The position numbers and the translations under genes were made by a program. Shown piece by piece: positions 18,197-26,091 of a stretch of DNA of 56,588 nt. Every line of letters starts with the position of its first letter. Within the stretch, counting starts at the first letter, position 1. This DNA is from Verrucomicrobiota bacterium (GTDB lineage: Bacteria > Verrucomicrobiota > Kiritimatiellia > RFP12 > UBA1067): NCBI GenBank assembly GCA_016280825.1, contig JAEEHL010000009.1, positions 1 through 56,588 of the forward strand, in the 5' to 3' direction. The notes beneath the pieces were generated by a model, which saw nothing but the letters and a program-made list of their open reading frames with translations, was not told where the DNA came from and ran no database searches.

Positions 18197-18203
18197 CATA
18201 AAA

Positions 18204-19439
18204 ATGAAACAACCAAGATCGGCGTCTTGGGCAACCGCCCGAAGCATATCCTGCTTTCGTGCGGCTTTGCCGCGCGTTATGAAATTAATCCGCGACGGTT
18301 GTCGCGGACACCTCGGAAAAGTTGTTTTCTGTTGTCTATGTTGTTTCCCAATGCTCTCCACCTTGTCCGCGCCTCGGCTTGCCGTGCCGCCTGAAGGTGT
18401 CGCGTTCGGCGAGATAGCCGCAGGAGAGACCGCGTCGAAGTCGATTGAACTCCGCAACGCCTCGCCGTCTCCCGTCACCGTCTCGCAGGTGAAGGGCTGC
18501 TGCGGCGCGGACGCCTCGCTTTCACCCATGCTCATAGGGCCCCATGCCTCCGCCACGCTCACGGTCTCGCTTAAGGCCATGCTCCCGGGCGAGTTCTCTA
18601 AGCACGTCCAGATTCTTTGCGACGACCCGGAGAGCCCCGTCGTCGTCGTTCCGGTCACGGGCGCTGCCGTCGAGGGTCTGTCCCCGAACCCAGCCTCGCG
18701 CTTCACGCTCCCGGCAATCGTCCTTGCGGGAATCGCGGACGGCTTCAACCCGTGCGCGTTCTCCATCGTCATCGCCCTCGCCGGCATCCTCGCCGTCGGC
18801 GGGCGCAGGCGCAGGGCGCGGATGCTCGGCGGCTGGGCGTTCTGCGCCGGGTCGTTCCTTACCTACATGGCGATGGGGCTCGGCCTCATGCGGGCCCTGC
18901 GGGCGCTGGAGTCGCTGCGGACGGTCCACGACGCCGTGATGGCGGCCCTCGCCCTCGCGCTCTTCGTCCTCGCGTTCCTGAGCGTCCGCGACGCATTCCG
19001 CTACCGCAGGGCGAAGGAGCCGTCCGTCATCACGCTGCAGCTCCCGGACCGCGTGAAGAAGCTGATCCGCGCGGTCGCGGAGGCGAGCTGGGGCGGCCCA
19101 ACGGTGGTCGTCGCGGGCCTTGGCTGCGGCTTTCTCGTGACATTGCTCGACTCGCTCTGCACGGGGCAGATATACGTGCCCGTCCTTGCGCTCGTCTCGC
19201 GCGAGCCCGGGGCATGGCGCTCGCTCACGCTTCTCGCCATCTACAACGTCGCCTTCATGGTACCGCTCGTCGCGGTGTTCATGCTTGCGGCGAAGGGCGC
19301 GGACTCGGAGCGCATGTCCCGCTGGTCCAAGCGCAACGTGTTCCCCTCGAAGATCGCCCTCGGCTTCATGTTCGCGGTCCTCGGCGCGCTCGTCATGCCG
19401 AACTTCGGGGCGCGCCTCGCCGAGATGGTGGGGAGGTAG
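18204..19439 (+). CDS. DUF1573-like domain fused to a DsbD_2/CcdA-like thiol-disulfide transporter membrane domain
   Basis: The N-terminal FGEIAAGETASKSIELRNASPSPVTVSQVKGCCG resembles the DUF1573 pattern. The membrane part carries GFNPCAF and a later LCTGQIY. The start is uncertain (18204, 18279 or 18351). Confidence 0.6.
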   Translation: MKQPRSASWATARSISCFRAALPRVMKLIRDGCRGHLGKVVFCCLCCFPMLSTLSAPRLAVPPEGVAFGEIAAGETASKSIELRNASPSPVTVSQVKGCCGADASLSPMLIGPHASATLTVSLKAMLPGEFSKHVQILCDDPESPVVVVPVTGAAVEGLSPNPASRFTLPAIVLAGIADGFNPCAFSIVIALAGILAVGGRRRRARMLGGWAFCAGSFLTYMAMGLGLMRALRALESLRTVHDAVMAALALALFVLAFLSVRDAFRYRRAKEPSVITLQLPDRVKKLIRAVAEASWGGPTVVVAGLGCGFLVTLLDSLCTGQIYVPVLALVSREPGAWRSLTLLAIYNVAFMVPLVAVFMLAAKGADSERMSRWSKRNVFPSKIALGFMFAVLGALVMPNFGARLAEMVGR

Positions 19440-19465
19440 CCGCCTCTCGTTTGTCTTTTTTCCTC

Positions 19466-19494
19466 TTGCAATGGCGAGCGGCAAATGATATAAT
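19466..19494 (+). promoter_or_regulatory. Sigma70 promoter TTGCAA-N17-(TG)ATATAAT for rpsP
   Basis: The -35 is at 19466-19471, the extended -10 TGATATAAT at 19486-19494, then a 33-nt leader with SD GAAGGA. Confidence 0.6.
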
Positions 19495-19527
19495 ACGCGG
19501 CAACAACAAGCGAAGGAACAAAACGAC

Positions 19528-19824
19528 ATGGTAAAACTAAGAATGCGCCGCACGGGATGCACTAACCACGCGGTGTACCGCATTGTGGCGGCCGACGAGC
19601 GCTCGCCGCGCGACGGAAAGTTTCTCGAGATCCTCGGGTGGTACGACACGCAGATCAAGGACGAGAACTTCAAGCTCGACGTAGAGAGGGTCGACTACTG
19701 GCTTTCGAAGGGCGCCAAGCCCTCCACTACGGTCGCCTCGCTTATCCGCAGGGCGAAGAACCCCAATTTGAAGCCCCACCACGCCGCCAAGGCCAAGGGC
19801 AAGGAAAAAGCAGCCAAGGCATAA
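19528..19824 (+). CDS. rpsP: 30S ribosomal protein S16
   Basis: MVKLRMRRTGCTNHAVYRIVAADERSPRDGKFLE is a canonical S16 N-terminus. Confidence 0.95.
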   Translation: MVKLRMRRTGCTNHAVYRIVAADERSPRDGKFLEILGWYDTQIKDENFKLDVERVDYWLSKGAKPSTTVASLIRRAKNPNLKPHHAAKAKGKEKAAKA

Positions 19825-19836
19825 GGAGGCTCCACG

Positions 19837-20205
19837 ATGGGCATTAAGCTTATAGACAAGATCAACGCCGAGCAGGTCGTCGCGGTGAAGGGGAAGGGAT
19901 ACCCCGAGTTCCGCGCAGGCGACATCGTCCGCGTTTCCATCAAGATCAAGGAAGGCGAGAAGTTCCGCATCCAGGACTTCGAGGGCAAGGTGTTCGCCGT
20001 CAACAAGGGGCCGAGCAGCCCCGCCGGCAATTTCATCGTAAGTCGCGAGAGCTACGGCGTCAGGGTGGAGAAGCTCTTCCCGTTCGCGAGCCCCTGGATC
20101 CAGGCCATAAAGGTCGTGAAGAAGGGTGACGCGCGGCGCGCCAAGCTCTACAACGAGCGCACGTTCTGCTCGCACAAAGCAGTGCGCAAGCTCGTCAAGA
20201 AATAA
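19837..20205 (+). CDS. rplS: 50S ribosomal protein L19
   Basis: PEFRAGDIVRV...QDFEGKVFA...RVEKLFPFASP is the canonical L19 pattern. Confidence 0.95.
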   Translation: MGIKLIDKINAEQVVAVKGKGYPEFRAGDIVRVSIKIKEGEKFRIQDFEGKVFAVNKGPSSPAGNFIVSRESYGVRVEKLFPFASPWIQAIKVVKKGDARRAKLYNERTFCSHKAVRKLVKK

Positions 20206-20243
20206 GCGGCCTTTAGGCAAAGGAAAGGGAACGCGGTCGTTTA

Positions 20244-20471
20244 ATGGCAAAGGAAGAAGACCAGGCTCTTGAGGTGATCGGCACCGTCACGAAGGTGCTG
20301 CCGGCCACGATGTACAAGGTGCAGCTCGAAAACGGCCACGAAGTGCTTGCGCACATCTCGGGGAAGATGCGCAAGTTCTTCATCAAGATCGCCATCGGCG
20401 ACAAGGTCACGGTCGAGATATCGCCGTACGACCTCGGCAAGGGGCGCATCACCTACAGGCACAAGATCTGA
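20244..20471 (+). CDS. infA: Translation initiation factor IF-1
   Basis: [31 protein letters not shown]...[14 protein letters not shown]. Confidence 0.95.
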   Translation: MAKEEDQALEVIGTVTKVLPATMYKVQLENGHEVLAHISGKMRKFFIKIAIGDKVTVEISPYDLGKGRITYRHKI

Positions 20472-20500
20472 TTTAGGCAACAAACCCAAGGAGCAAACTC

Positions 20501-21265
20501 ATGTCAGGACACAGTCACTGGGCCACGATCAAGCGCGCGAAGGGCGCGGCTGACGCGAAGAAGGGCAAGATATTCTCCAAGCTCGGCAAGGAGATCACGA
20601 TTGTCGTGAAGGCAAAGGGCGGCAATCCCGACAACAACCCCACCCTGCGTACGCTAATCGCAAAGGCCAAGGCCGCGCAGATGCCGAACGACAACATCGA
20701 CCGCGCGATCAAGAAGGGGACTGGCGAGCTTGAGTCCGCCGAAATGGTCGAAGCGAGCTACGAGGGCATCAAGGGCGGCGTCGCGTTCGTCGTGAATGTC
20801 CTCACCGACAACAAGAACCGCGCAGCGGCGGAAGTGGGCAACGTCTTCAAGAAGAACGGCCTCGAGTTCGCCAAGCAAGGCAGCGCATCGCGCCTCTTTG
20901 ACCGCATGGGCCAGGTGATGATCCCCGCGGCAGACGGCGTGACGGAAGACAGGGTGACGGAAGTCGCGCTTGAAGTGGGCGCGGAGGATGTGATCGCGGA
21001 GGACGGCGGCTTTACAGTGAAGTGCCAGCCCAACGACTATACGGCGGTCCTCGAGGGCATCAAGGCGGCGGGAATCGCCGTCGACGAGGAGAACAGCTCC
21101 GTCGGCCTCGTGCCGAACATGATGAACCCCGTTTCCGACGTGGCGGTTGCCAAGGCGGTGAACAAGTTCGTCGAGATGCTCGAGGACCTCGAGGACGTGC
21201 AGGACGTCTACCACAACATGGAGACGACCGACGAAGTCGACGCAGCCCTCGACGCCGAGGGCTAA
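20501..21265 (+). CDS. YebC/PmpR family DNA-binding transcriptional regulator
   Basis: The N-terminus MSGHSHWATIKRAKGAADAKKGKIFSKL is diagnostic. Confidence 0.9.
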   Translation: MSGHSHWATIKRAKGAADAKKGKIFSKLGKEITIVVKAKGGNPDNNPTLRTLIAKAKAAQMPNDNIDRAIKKGTGELESAEMVEASYEGIKGGVAFVVNVLTDNKNRAAAEVGNVFKKNGLEFAKQGSASRLFDRMGQVMIPAADGVTEDRVTEVALEVGAEDVIAEDGGFTVKCQPNDYTAVLEGIKAAGIAVDEENSSVGLVPNMMNPVSDVAVAKAVNKFVEMLEDLEDVQDVYHNMETTDEVDAALDAEG

Positions 21266-21281
21266 GCCGGGTTTTCGGGCG

Positions 21282-21956
21282 ATGAAGTTCGTTTCCCAGG
21301 CCCTAAACGGCATATTCAGGGAAAACCCGATCTTCAAGCTTGTGCTCGGGCTTTGCCCGACGCTCGCCGTGACGACTTCGCTTGAAAACGCGATCGGCAT
21401 GGGGCTTGCGGCGACGTTCGTGCTCGTATGCTCGAACGTCCTCGTCTCTGCACTGCGAAAGTTCATCCCAGCTGCAGTCCACATCCCCTGCTATATCGTC
21501 ATCATCGCGACATTCGTGACGGCTATCGACCTCATGATGCAGGCATACCTGCCCGCGCTCTCAAAGAGCCTTGGGATATTCATCCCCCTCATCGTCGTGA
21601 ACTGCATAATTCTCGGCCGCGCCGAGGCCTATGCAAGCAGAAACCCCGTCTTCATGTCGTTTGCCGACGGCCTCGGGACGGGCATCGGGTTCACGCTCGC
21701 GCTCTCGCTCGTGGCGTCGGTGCGCGAGATTGCAGGCGCGGGCACGCTTACCGTCTGGGGCGACATCGCCTTCAAGGTGAACCCCGGCCCCGTGACGCTC
21801 GCCGTCCTCCCTGCCGGGGGCTTCATTGCGCTTGGGCTCCTGCTCGCGGCCATCAACGCATTTTCCAGCTGGAACGCGCGCCGTCACGGCTCTCCGCCGC
21901 CACTCCCCGTGAACCTCGACTGCCGCCACTGCACGATGTGCAACAAGTCGAAATGA
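21282..21956 (+). CDS. rnfE: RnfE/RsxE (NqrD-related) electron transport complex membrane subunit
   Basis: NPIFKLVLGLCPTLAVTT and SLGIFIPLIVVNCIILGRAEAYA match RnfE closely. It has a short Cys-containing C-terminal tail. Confidence 0.8.
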   Translation: MKFVSQALNGIFRENPIFKLVLGLCPTLAVTTSLENAIGMGLAATFVLVCSNVLVSALRKFIPAAVHIPCYIVIIATFVTAIDLMMQAYLPALSKSLGIFIPLIVVNCIILGRAEAYASRNPVFMSFADGLGTGIGFTLALSLVASVREIAGAGTLTVWGDIAFKVNPGPVTLAVLPAGGFIALGLLLAAINAFSSWNARRHGSPPPLPVNLDCRHCTMCNKSK

Positions 21957-22396
21957 AGTGCCCGAAGTGCAGCGCAGACAACGACAAGGTGCTTGACTCG
22001 CGCTCGGTGCGCGACGGCGCCGCCATCAGAAGGCGAAGGGAATGCCTCAACTGCTCCTGCAGGTTCACGACGTACGAGGAGCTTGACCGCGACGAGGTGG
22101 TCGTCATCAAGAACGACGGCAGGCGCGAGCCCTTTGAAAGGGCGAAGGTCGACAAGGCGATAAGGCGCGCATGCGGCAAGCGCAAGATTTCCGACGACCA
22201 GATTAGGTCGATGATAGATTCCGTCGTCGCCGACCTCGACGCCGACGAGATCCCGTCCGCAAAAATCGCCGAGCTAGTGATGGAGCGCCTGCACCGGGTC
22301 GACGAAGTCGCGTACATCAGGTTCGCGAGCGTCTACCGCAAGTTCACGGACGTAGCACAGTTCCTTTCGGCCATCACGGAGATCGTGAAGAAATGA
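21953..22396 (+). CDS. nrdR: Transcriptional repressor NrdR
   Basis: MKCPKCSADNDKVLDSRSV...RRRRECLNCSCRFTTYE zinc ribbon plus ATP-cone. ATGA overlap with the rnfE stop. Confidence 0.95.
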   Translation: MKCPKCSADNDKVLDSRSVRDGAAIRRRRECLNCSCRFTTYEELDRDEVVVIKNDGRREPFERAKVDKAIRRACGKRKISDDQIRSMIDSVVADLDADEIPSAKIAELVMERLHRVDEVAYIRFASVYRKFTDVAQFLSAITEIVKK

Positions 22397-23466
22397 TCGA
22401 GAGCGTTTTTTCGAGGTCCGCGCTGCGAGTGGCAGTCATGGGGCTCGGAAGGGCGGCCATGAACGAGCATTTGCCCGTGCTGGCGGCAGACCGCGGAAGT
22501 TTCTCCGTTGTTGCGGCATGCGAGCTCATCAAGGAGCGCCGCGACGCGCTTGCCAGGGTTTTCCCGGGGTGCAAGATGTTCAGGGACTTTTCCGACATGC
22601 TCGACGAAAGGAACTTCGACGCAGTCCTTGTCTCAATCCCCGCGGTAAACAGGCTCAAATACGCACTGATGTCGCTTGAGCGCGGATTCCGGACTGTGCT
22701 CGAATCTCCACTTGCGCTAACCGCCGACGACGCGAAGATGCTGCGCGGCGCCTCGCTGAAGTCGTCGAACTTGCTGGCCGTCGTGGAACGCGGGGTCCTT
22801 TCCCCTGATTTCCTCCTCGCGTGCAAGGCAGCCTCCGACGCCCGTCTCGGCACGCTCCAGAAGGTCGTGGTGCGCAGGGAGGAGTTCGTGCGCCGTAGCG
22901 ACTGGCGCGCGCTTCGCAGGACTGGCGGCGGTGCGGCATACTGTGAGCTGCCGGGGCTGGTCGTCCCGGCGCTCCGCCTCGTGAAGGGTCGGCCCGTGCA
23001 GATGTGGAGCGACGTTAAGCGTATAGTCTCCACCGGCGACGCCGAGGACTACGTGCACCTCGAAGTCCTTTCGAGCGCAGGCGTCACGGCCGACATCGAG
23101 TACAACGGTGCTTTCCTCGATGGTAACGTCTCGCCGTCGTACACGCTCGTCGGCTCGCGCGGCGTATTCAGGGTAATGCAGGGTGAACGGTCCGGCTTGA
23201 TGACGTTCCTGCCCCCGTCGTACAGGCTGCCGAGAATGCGAACCACAGTGAGGACGCCTCCGCTTGCCGAACGCAACGAGAAGGTTCCAACGGCCAGCGA
23301 GACCATTTCGCTCGATCCCAGCGCCGAATGCGGCCTGCGGCTTTTCTGGAAATCCGTATCAGCCGCGTCCAGGAAGGGCGCGGCAATGCCCTCGTCGCTC
23401 GACGAGTCGATAGAGGCGGTGCGATTCATGCAGCTTGTAAGGAAGTCAAGTCAATTCGGAAGGTAG
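22393..23466 (+). CDS. Gfo/Idh/MocA family oxidoreductase
   Basis: N-terminal Rossmann motif LRVAVMGLGRAAMNEHLP. The length fits the family. ATGA overlap with the nrdR stop. Confidence 0.65.
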   Translation: MIESVFSRSALRVAVMGLGRAAMNEHLPVLAADRGSFSVVAACELIKERRDALARVFPGCKMFRDFSDMLDERNFDAVLVSIPAVNRLKYALMSLERGFRTVLESPLALTADDAKMLRGASLKSSNLLAVVERGVLSPDFLLACKAASDARLGTLQKVVVRREEFVRRSDWRALRRTGGGAAYCELPGLVVPALRLVKGRPVQMWSDVKRIVSTGDAEDYVHLEVLSSAGVTADIEYNGAFLDGNVSPSYTLVGSRGVFRVMQGERSGLMTFLPPSYRLPRMRTTVRTPPLAERNEKVPTASETISLDPSAECGLRLFWKSVSAASRKGAAMPSSLDESIEAVRFMQLVRKSSQFGR

Positions 23467-23471
23467 CAAAG

Positions 23472-24299
23472 ATGAAATCCCAGATCAACATACTCCGCCA
23501 GCTCCAGGAGCTTGTGCTTACGAGAGACGAACACCAGCAGTCGGGCGACGGCAGCCATCTCGACCAGATCAACAAGTCCATTTCGGAACTGCAGAAGAAG
23601 CTCCAGCCGCAGGTTTCCGGCATATACGAAAGGCTCTACGCCAAGAACCACATCGTGACGGCGGCGATGTCCAACGGATGCTGCTCCGTCTGCGGAATGC
23701 AGGTGCCGATTGCCCAGTCGCAGCAGGTAAAGCTCGCCCAGCATCTCGTCACGTGCTCGAGCTGCGGCAGGGTGCTTTTCGAAGGCGACGTCGCGGAGGC
23801 GAGAAGGGTGCAGGACAAGGTTTCACGCGACGACGCAAAGACGGGCATCTCCCGCTTTTCGGCCGAAGAGCTGATGGTGGCAGACCTCGGCGCCGCGACG
23901 CGCGAGAAGGCCATAAGGGTGCTTGCGGACGCGATGGAGGGGCATAAGTTCATCGAGAACGCCGACTCCCTGGTCACCGCCGCGCTCGAGCGCGAAAAGG
24001 TGCTTTCCACAGCCCTCGGCCACGGCATCGCCTTCCCCCATGTGAGGGGGGTGGAGGGCGGCGGCCTTGCTCTTGCAATCGGAATTTCGAAGAAAGGCAT
24101 CGACTGGGATGGCGAGATGGTGAACATCGTTGTCCTTTCCGCCATTCCAGTCGCGGTATCCGCGTTCTACTTGCGACTCATGGCAGGTCTCTCCAGGAGT
24201 TTCGCAAAGAAGGAGACCCTGAAGGCGCTTGTCTCGGCAGACTCCCCGAAGGCCCTTTGGAAGGTTGTCGTAAAGGCCACCCGCCGCGAAGTCAAATGA
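23472..24299 (+). CDS. Fusion of a COG1579-like coiled-coil/C4 zinc-ribbon domain with a PTS EIIA(Fru/Ntr)-type domain
   Basis: CCSVCGMQ...CSSCGRVLF zinc ribbon after a coiled coil. The C-terminal part has LGHGIAFPHVRG, the EIIA-2 active-site His motif. Confidence 0.7.
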   Translation: MKSQINILRQLQELVLTRDEHQQSGDGSHLDQINKSISELQKKLQPQVSGIYERLYAKNHIVTAAMSNGCCSVCGMQVPIAQSQQVKLAQHLVTCSSCGRVLFEGDVAEARRVQDKVSRDDAKTGISRFSAEELMVADLGAATREKAIRVLADAMEGHKFIENADSLVTAALEREKVLSTALGHGIAFPHVRGVEGGGLALAIGISKKGIDWDGEMVNIVVLSAIPVAVSAFYLRLMAGLSRSFAKKETLKALVSADSPKALWKVVVKATRREVK

Positions 24300-25165
24300 C
24301 AGCGATTGCCGCCATCATGCTTGCAGCTGCGACAACGCACGTGAAGTCGCCCTACCTCAGCGCAGCGGCGGCCAATGCCGCGGACGGCCGCATCATCATG
24401 GCGGAAAACGCCGACGCCGAATGCTATCCGGCTTCCTGCACAAAGCTGATGACGCTTCTCCTTGCGCTAGAGGCCGTGGAGAAGGGCGCCATCTCGCTTG
24501 ACGACATAGTGCCCACTACGCCGCTCTCCGAGAGGGAAAGACCGTCGAGAATCGATTTCACGCCGCCCAGCGGAATGTCTCTCGACGACCTCCTCAAGGC
24601 CCTGATGGTCAAGAGCGCCAACAACGGCGCGGTGATGATTGCCGAGCACGTGGCTTCGCGCCTCCACCCCGAGGCCACGAACGGCGTTGCGAGGCTGCAG
24701 GCGTTTGTCGGCGACATGAACAGAAGGGCGAAGTCGCTTGGAATGAAGAGGACCCTCTTCACGCGCCCCACCGGCTATCCGCCGGAGCCGGGATCCAGAC
24801 GCAAGTTCGACACGTCCACGGCGTGCGACATGATAAGGCTCGGCTGCGAAGTCGTCAAGCACCCAGCTGCGCTTAGATACACGTCGCTGGAATTCTGCAA
24901 CGTCAAGGAGAAGCCAAGCGGCAAGCCCCATGTGTACAGGACACACAACAAGCTTCTGCTTTCGTCTTCCAAGTACAAGCTCGCCGGTGTCGACGGGCTC
25001 AAGACGGGCTTTCACAACGCCGGCGGATGCTCAATCGTCCTTACTGCGACGAACAGCGTGGGAAGAAGGGCGATAGTGGCTGTGATGGGCAGCCCCTCCG
25101 GGGCGGACCGCGACAGCGCCGCCTACAAGTTCATGGTTGACTCCCTGAAGAGCCTCGAGTTCTGA
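24296..25165 (+). CDS. D-alanyl-D-alanine carboxypeptidase (peptidase S11)
   Basis: SxxK (ASCTK), SxN (SANN) and KTG (LKTGF) motifs occur in the correct order. ATGA overlap with the upstream stop. Confidence 0.85.
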   Translation: MTAIAAIMLAAATTHVKSPYLSAAAANAADGRIIMAENADAECYPASCTKLMTLLLALEAVEKGAISLDDIVPTTPLSERERPSRIDFTPPSGMSLDDLLKALMVKSANNGAVMIAEHVASRLHPEATNGVARLQAFVGDMNRRAKSLGMKRTLFTRPTGYPPEPGSRRKFDTSTACDMIRLGCEVVKHPAALRYTSLEFCNVKEKPSGKPHVYRTHNKLLLSSSKYKLAGVDGLKTGFHNAGGCSIVLTATNSVGRRAIVAVMGSPSGADRDSAAYKFMVDSLKSLEF

Positions 25166-26047
25166 TTACTCCGGGATTACCCAGAGCGAGTCGCCGTCCG
25201 AGTCCTCTACGTCGTCGTCGCTGTCAAAATACCTGATTGCGCCGTCTTTGCGCTTCTTCTGGCCGGGGATTGACTGCTGTGCGGGTGATGGCTGCACTGC
25301 TGCGGGCCCGGGAGAAGGGGTCTCCTTCGCCGCAGCGGGCTTCGTTACGGGTGCCGACCGGGATTCCTTCTTCGCGTAGTATTCAGGGTAGAGCCGCTGT
25401 CGGTGCAGCTCTTTCGCCTCGTCCTTCAGTTTCTCGCGTTCAGCTGCAAGTCTTTCCCTTTCGGCGGCGAGAAGGGCGCGGATCTTCTCGATCTTAGCCT
25501 CGTTCTCGCGCATCTTAGCCTCGCTCTCCCTCATGGCTGCCTCGTTTGCGCGCCTTGCTTTCTCGTTGGCCTCGCGTTCCTCGTCGATCTTGGCGCGTCC
25601 CTGCGCCTGGGCCGCCACGATTTCGCTGTTGCGGCGCTGTTCGTTGGCAAGAAGCTTCTGCTGCTCGGCAAGCTGGTTCTGAAGGGCGCTCATGGCGTCC
25701 TTCATGACGTTCATCGCGGCTTTCCCCTCTTCAGATTCCTGGCGAGGCCTCTCGCGGTCCTTCATCGCGTACTCGACAAGACGGTCGTTCAGTTCCTGGT
25801 TCTTGTTGGAAAACGCCATCATCCTGTTTTCGAACTTGTTGGAGATGACCGAGATTATGAAAAGGAAGAGAGCGACGAGCATAATCGTCGTAAAGCCGAA
25901 AACGACGCTCAGCCAGACTATTCTGCGGCGCGCCTTGGACTGCTCCGCATCAATGTACTGCTGGAATGCCTTGAGGACGGGAAAGTCCTCGGCTGCGTCG
26001 GACTGACCGTAGATGCTGACTGCATTCGTTGCTTCTGTGTTTTCCAT
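25166..26047 (-). CDS. Hypothetical single-pass membrane protein with a long coiled coil and an acidic C-terminus
   Basis: TM WLSVVFGFTTIMLVALFLFIISVI, then an E/K/R/A-rich heptad-like region. SD GGGGGTGGGG upstream. Confidence 0.6.
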   Translation of the reverse strand: MENTEATNAVSIYGQSDAAEDFPVLKAFQQYIDAEQSKARRRIVWLSVVFGFTTIMLVALFLFIISVISNKFENRMMAFSNKNQELNDRLVEYAMKDRERPRQESEEGKAAMNVMKDAMSALQNQLAEQQKLLANEQRRNSEIVAAQAQGRAKIDEEREANEKARRANEAAMRESEAKMRENEAKIEKIRALLAAERERLAAEREKLKDEAKELHRQRLYPEYYAKKESRSAPVTKPAAAKETPSPGPAAVQPSPAQQSIPGQKKRKDGAIRYFDSDDDVEDSDGDSLWVIPE

Positions 26048-26091
26048 TTTACCCCACCCCCGTTAATTGCGCATAATCTGCATTATGTAAA

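Noticed and set aside
10940-18203. Calling the island a mobile genetic element or prophage remnant.
   Set aside because: No integrase, transposase, phage structural gene, flanking tRNA or clear direct-repeat boundaries were seen. Only composition and repeats distinguish it.
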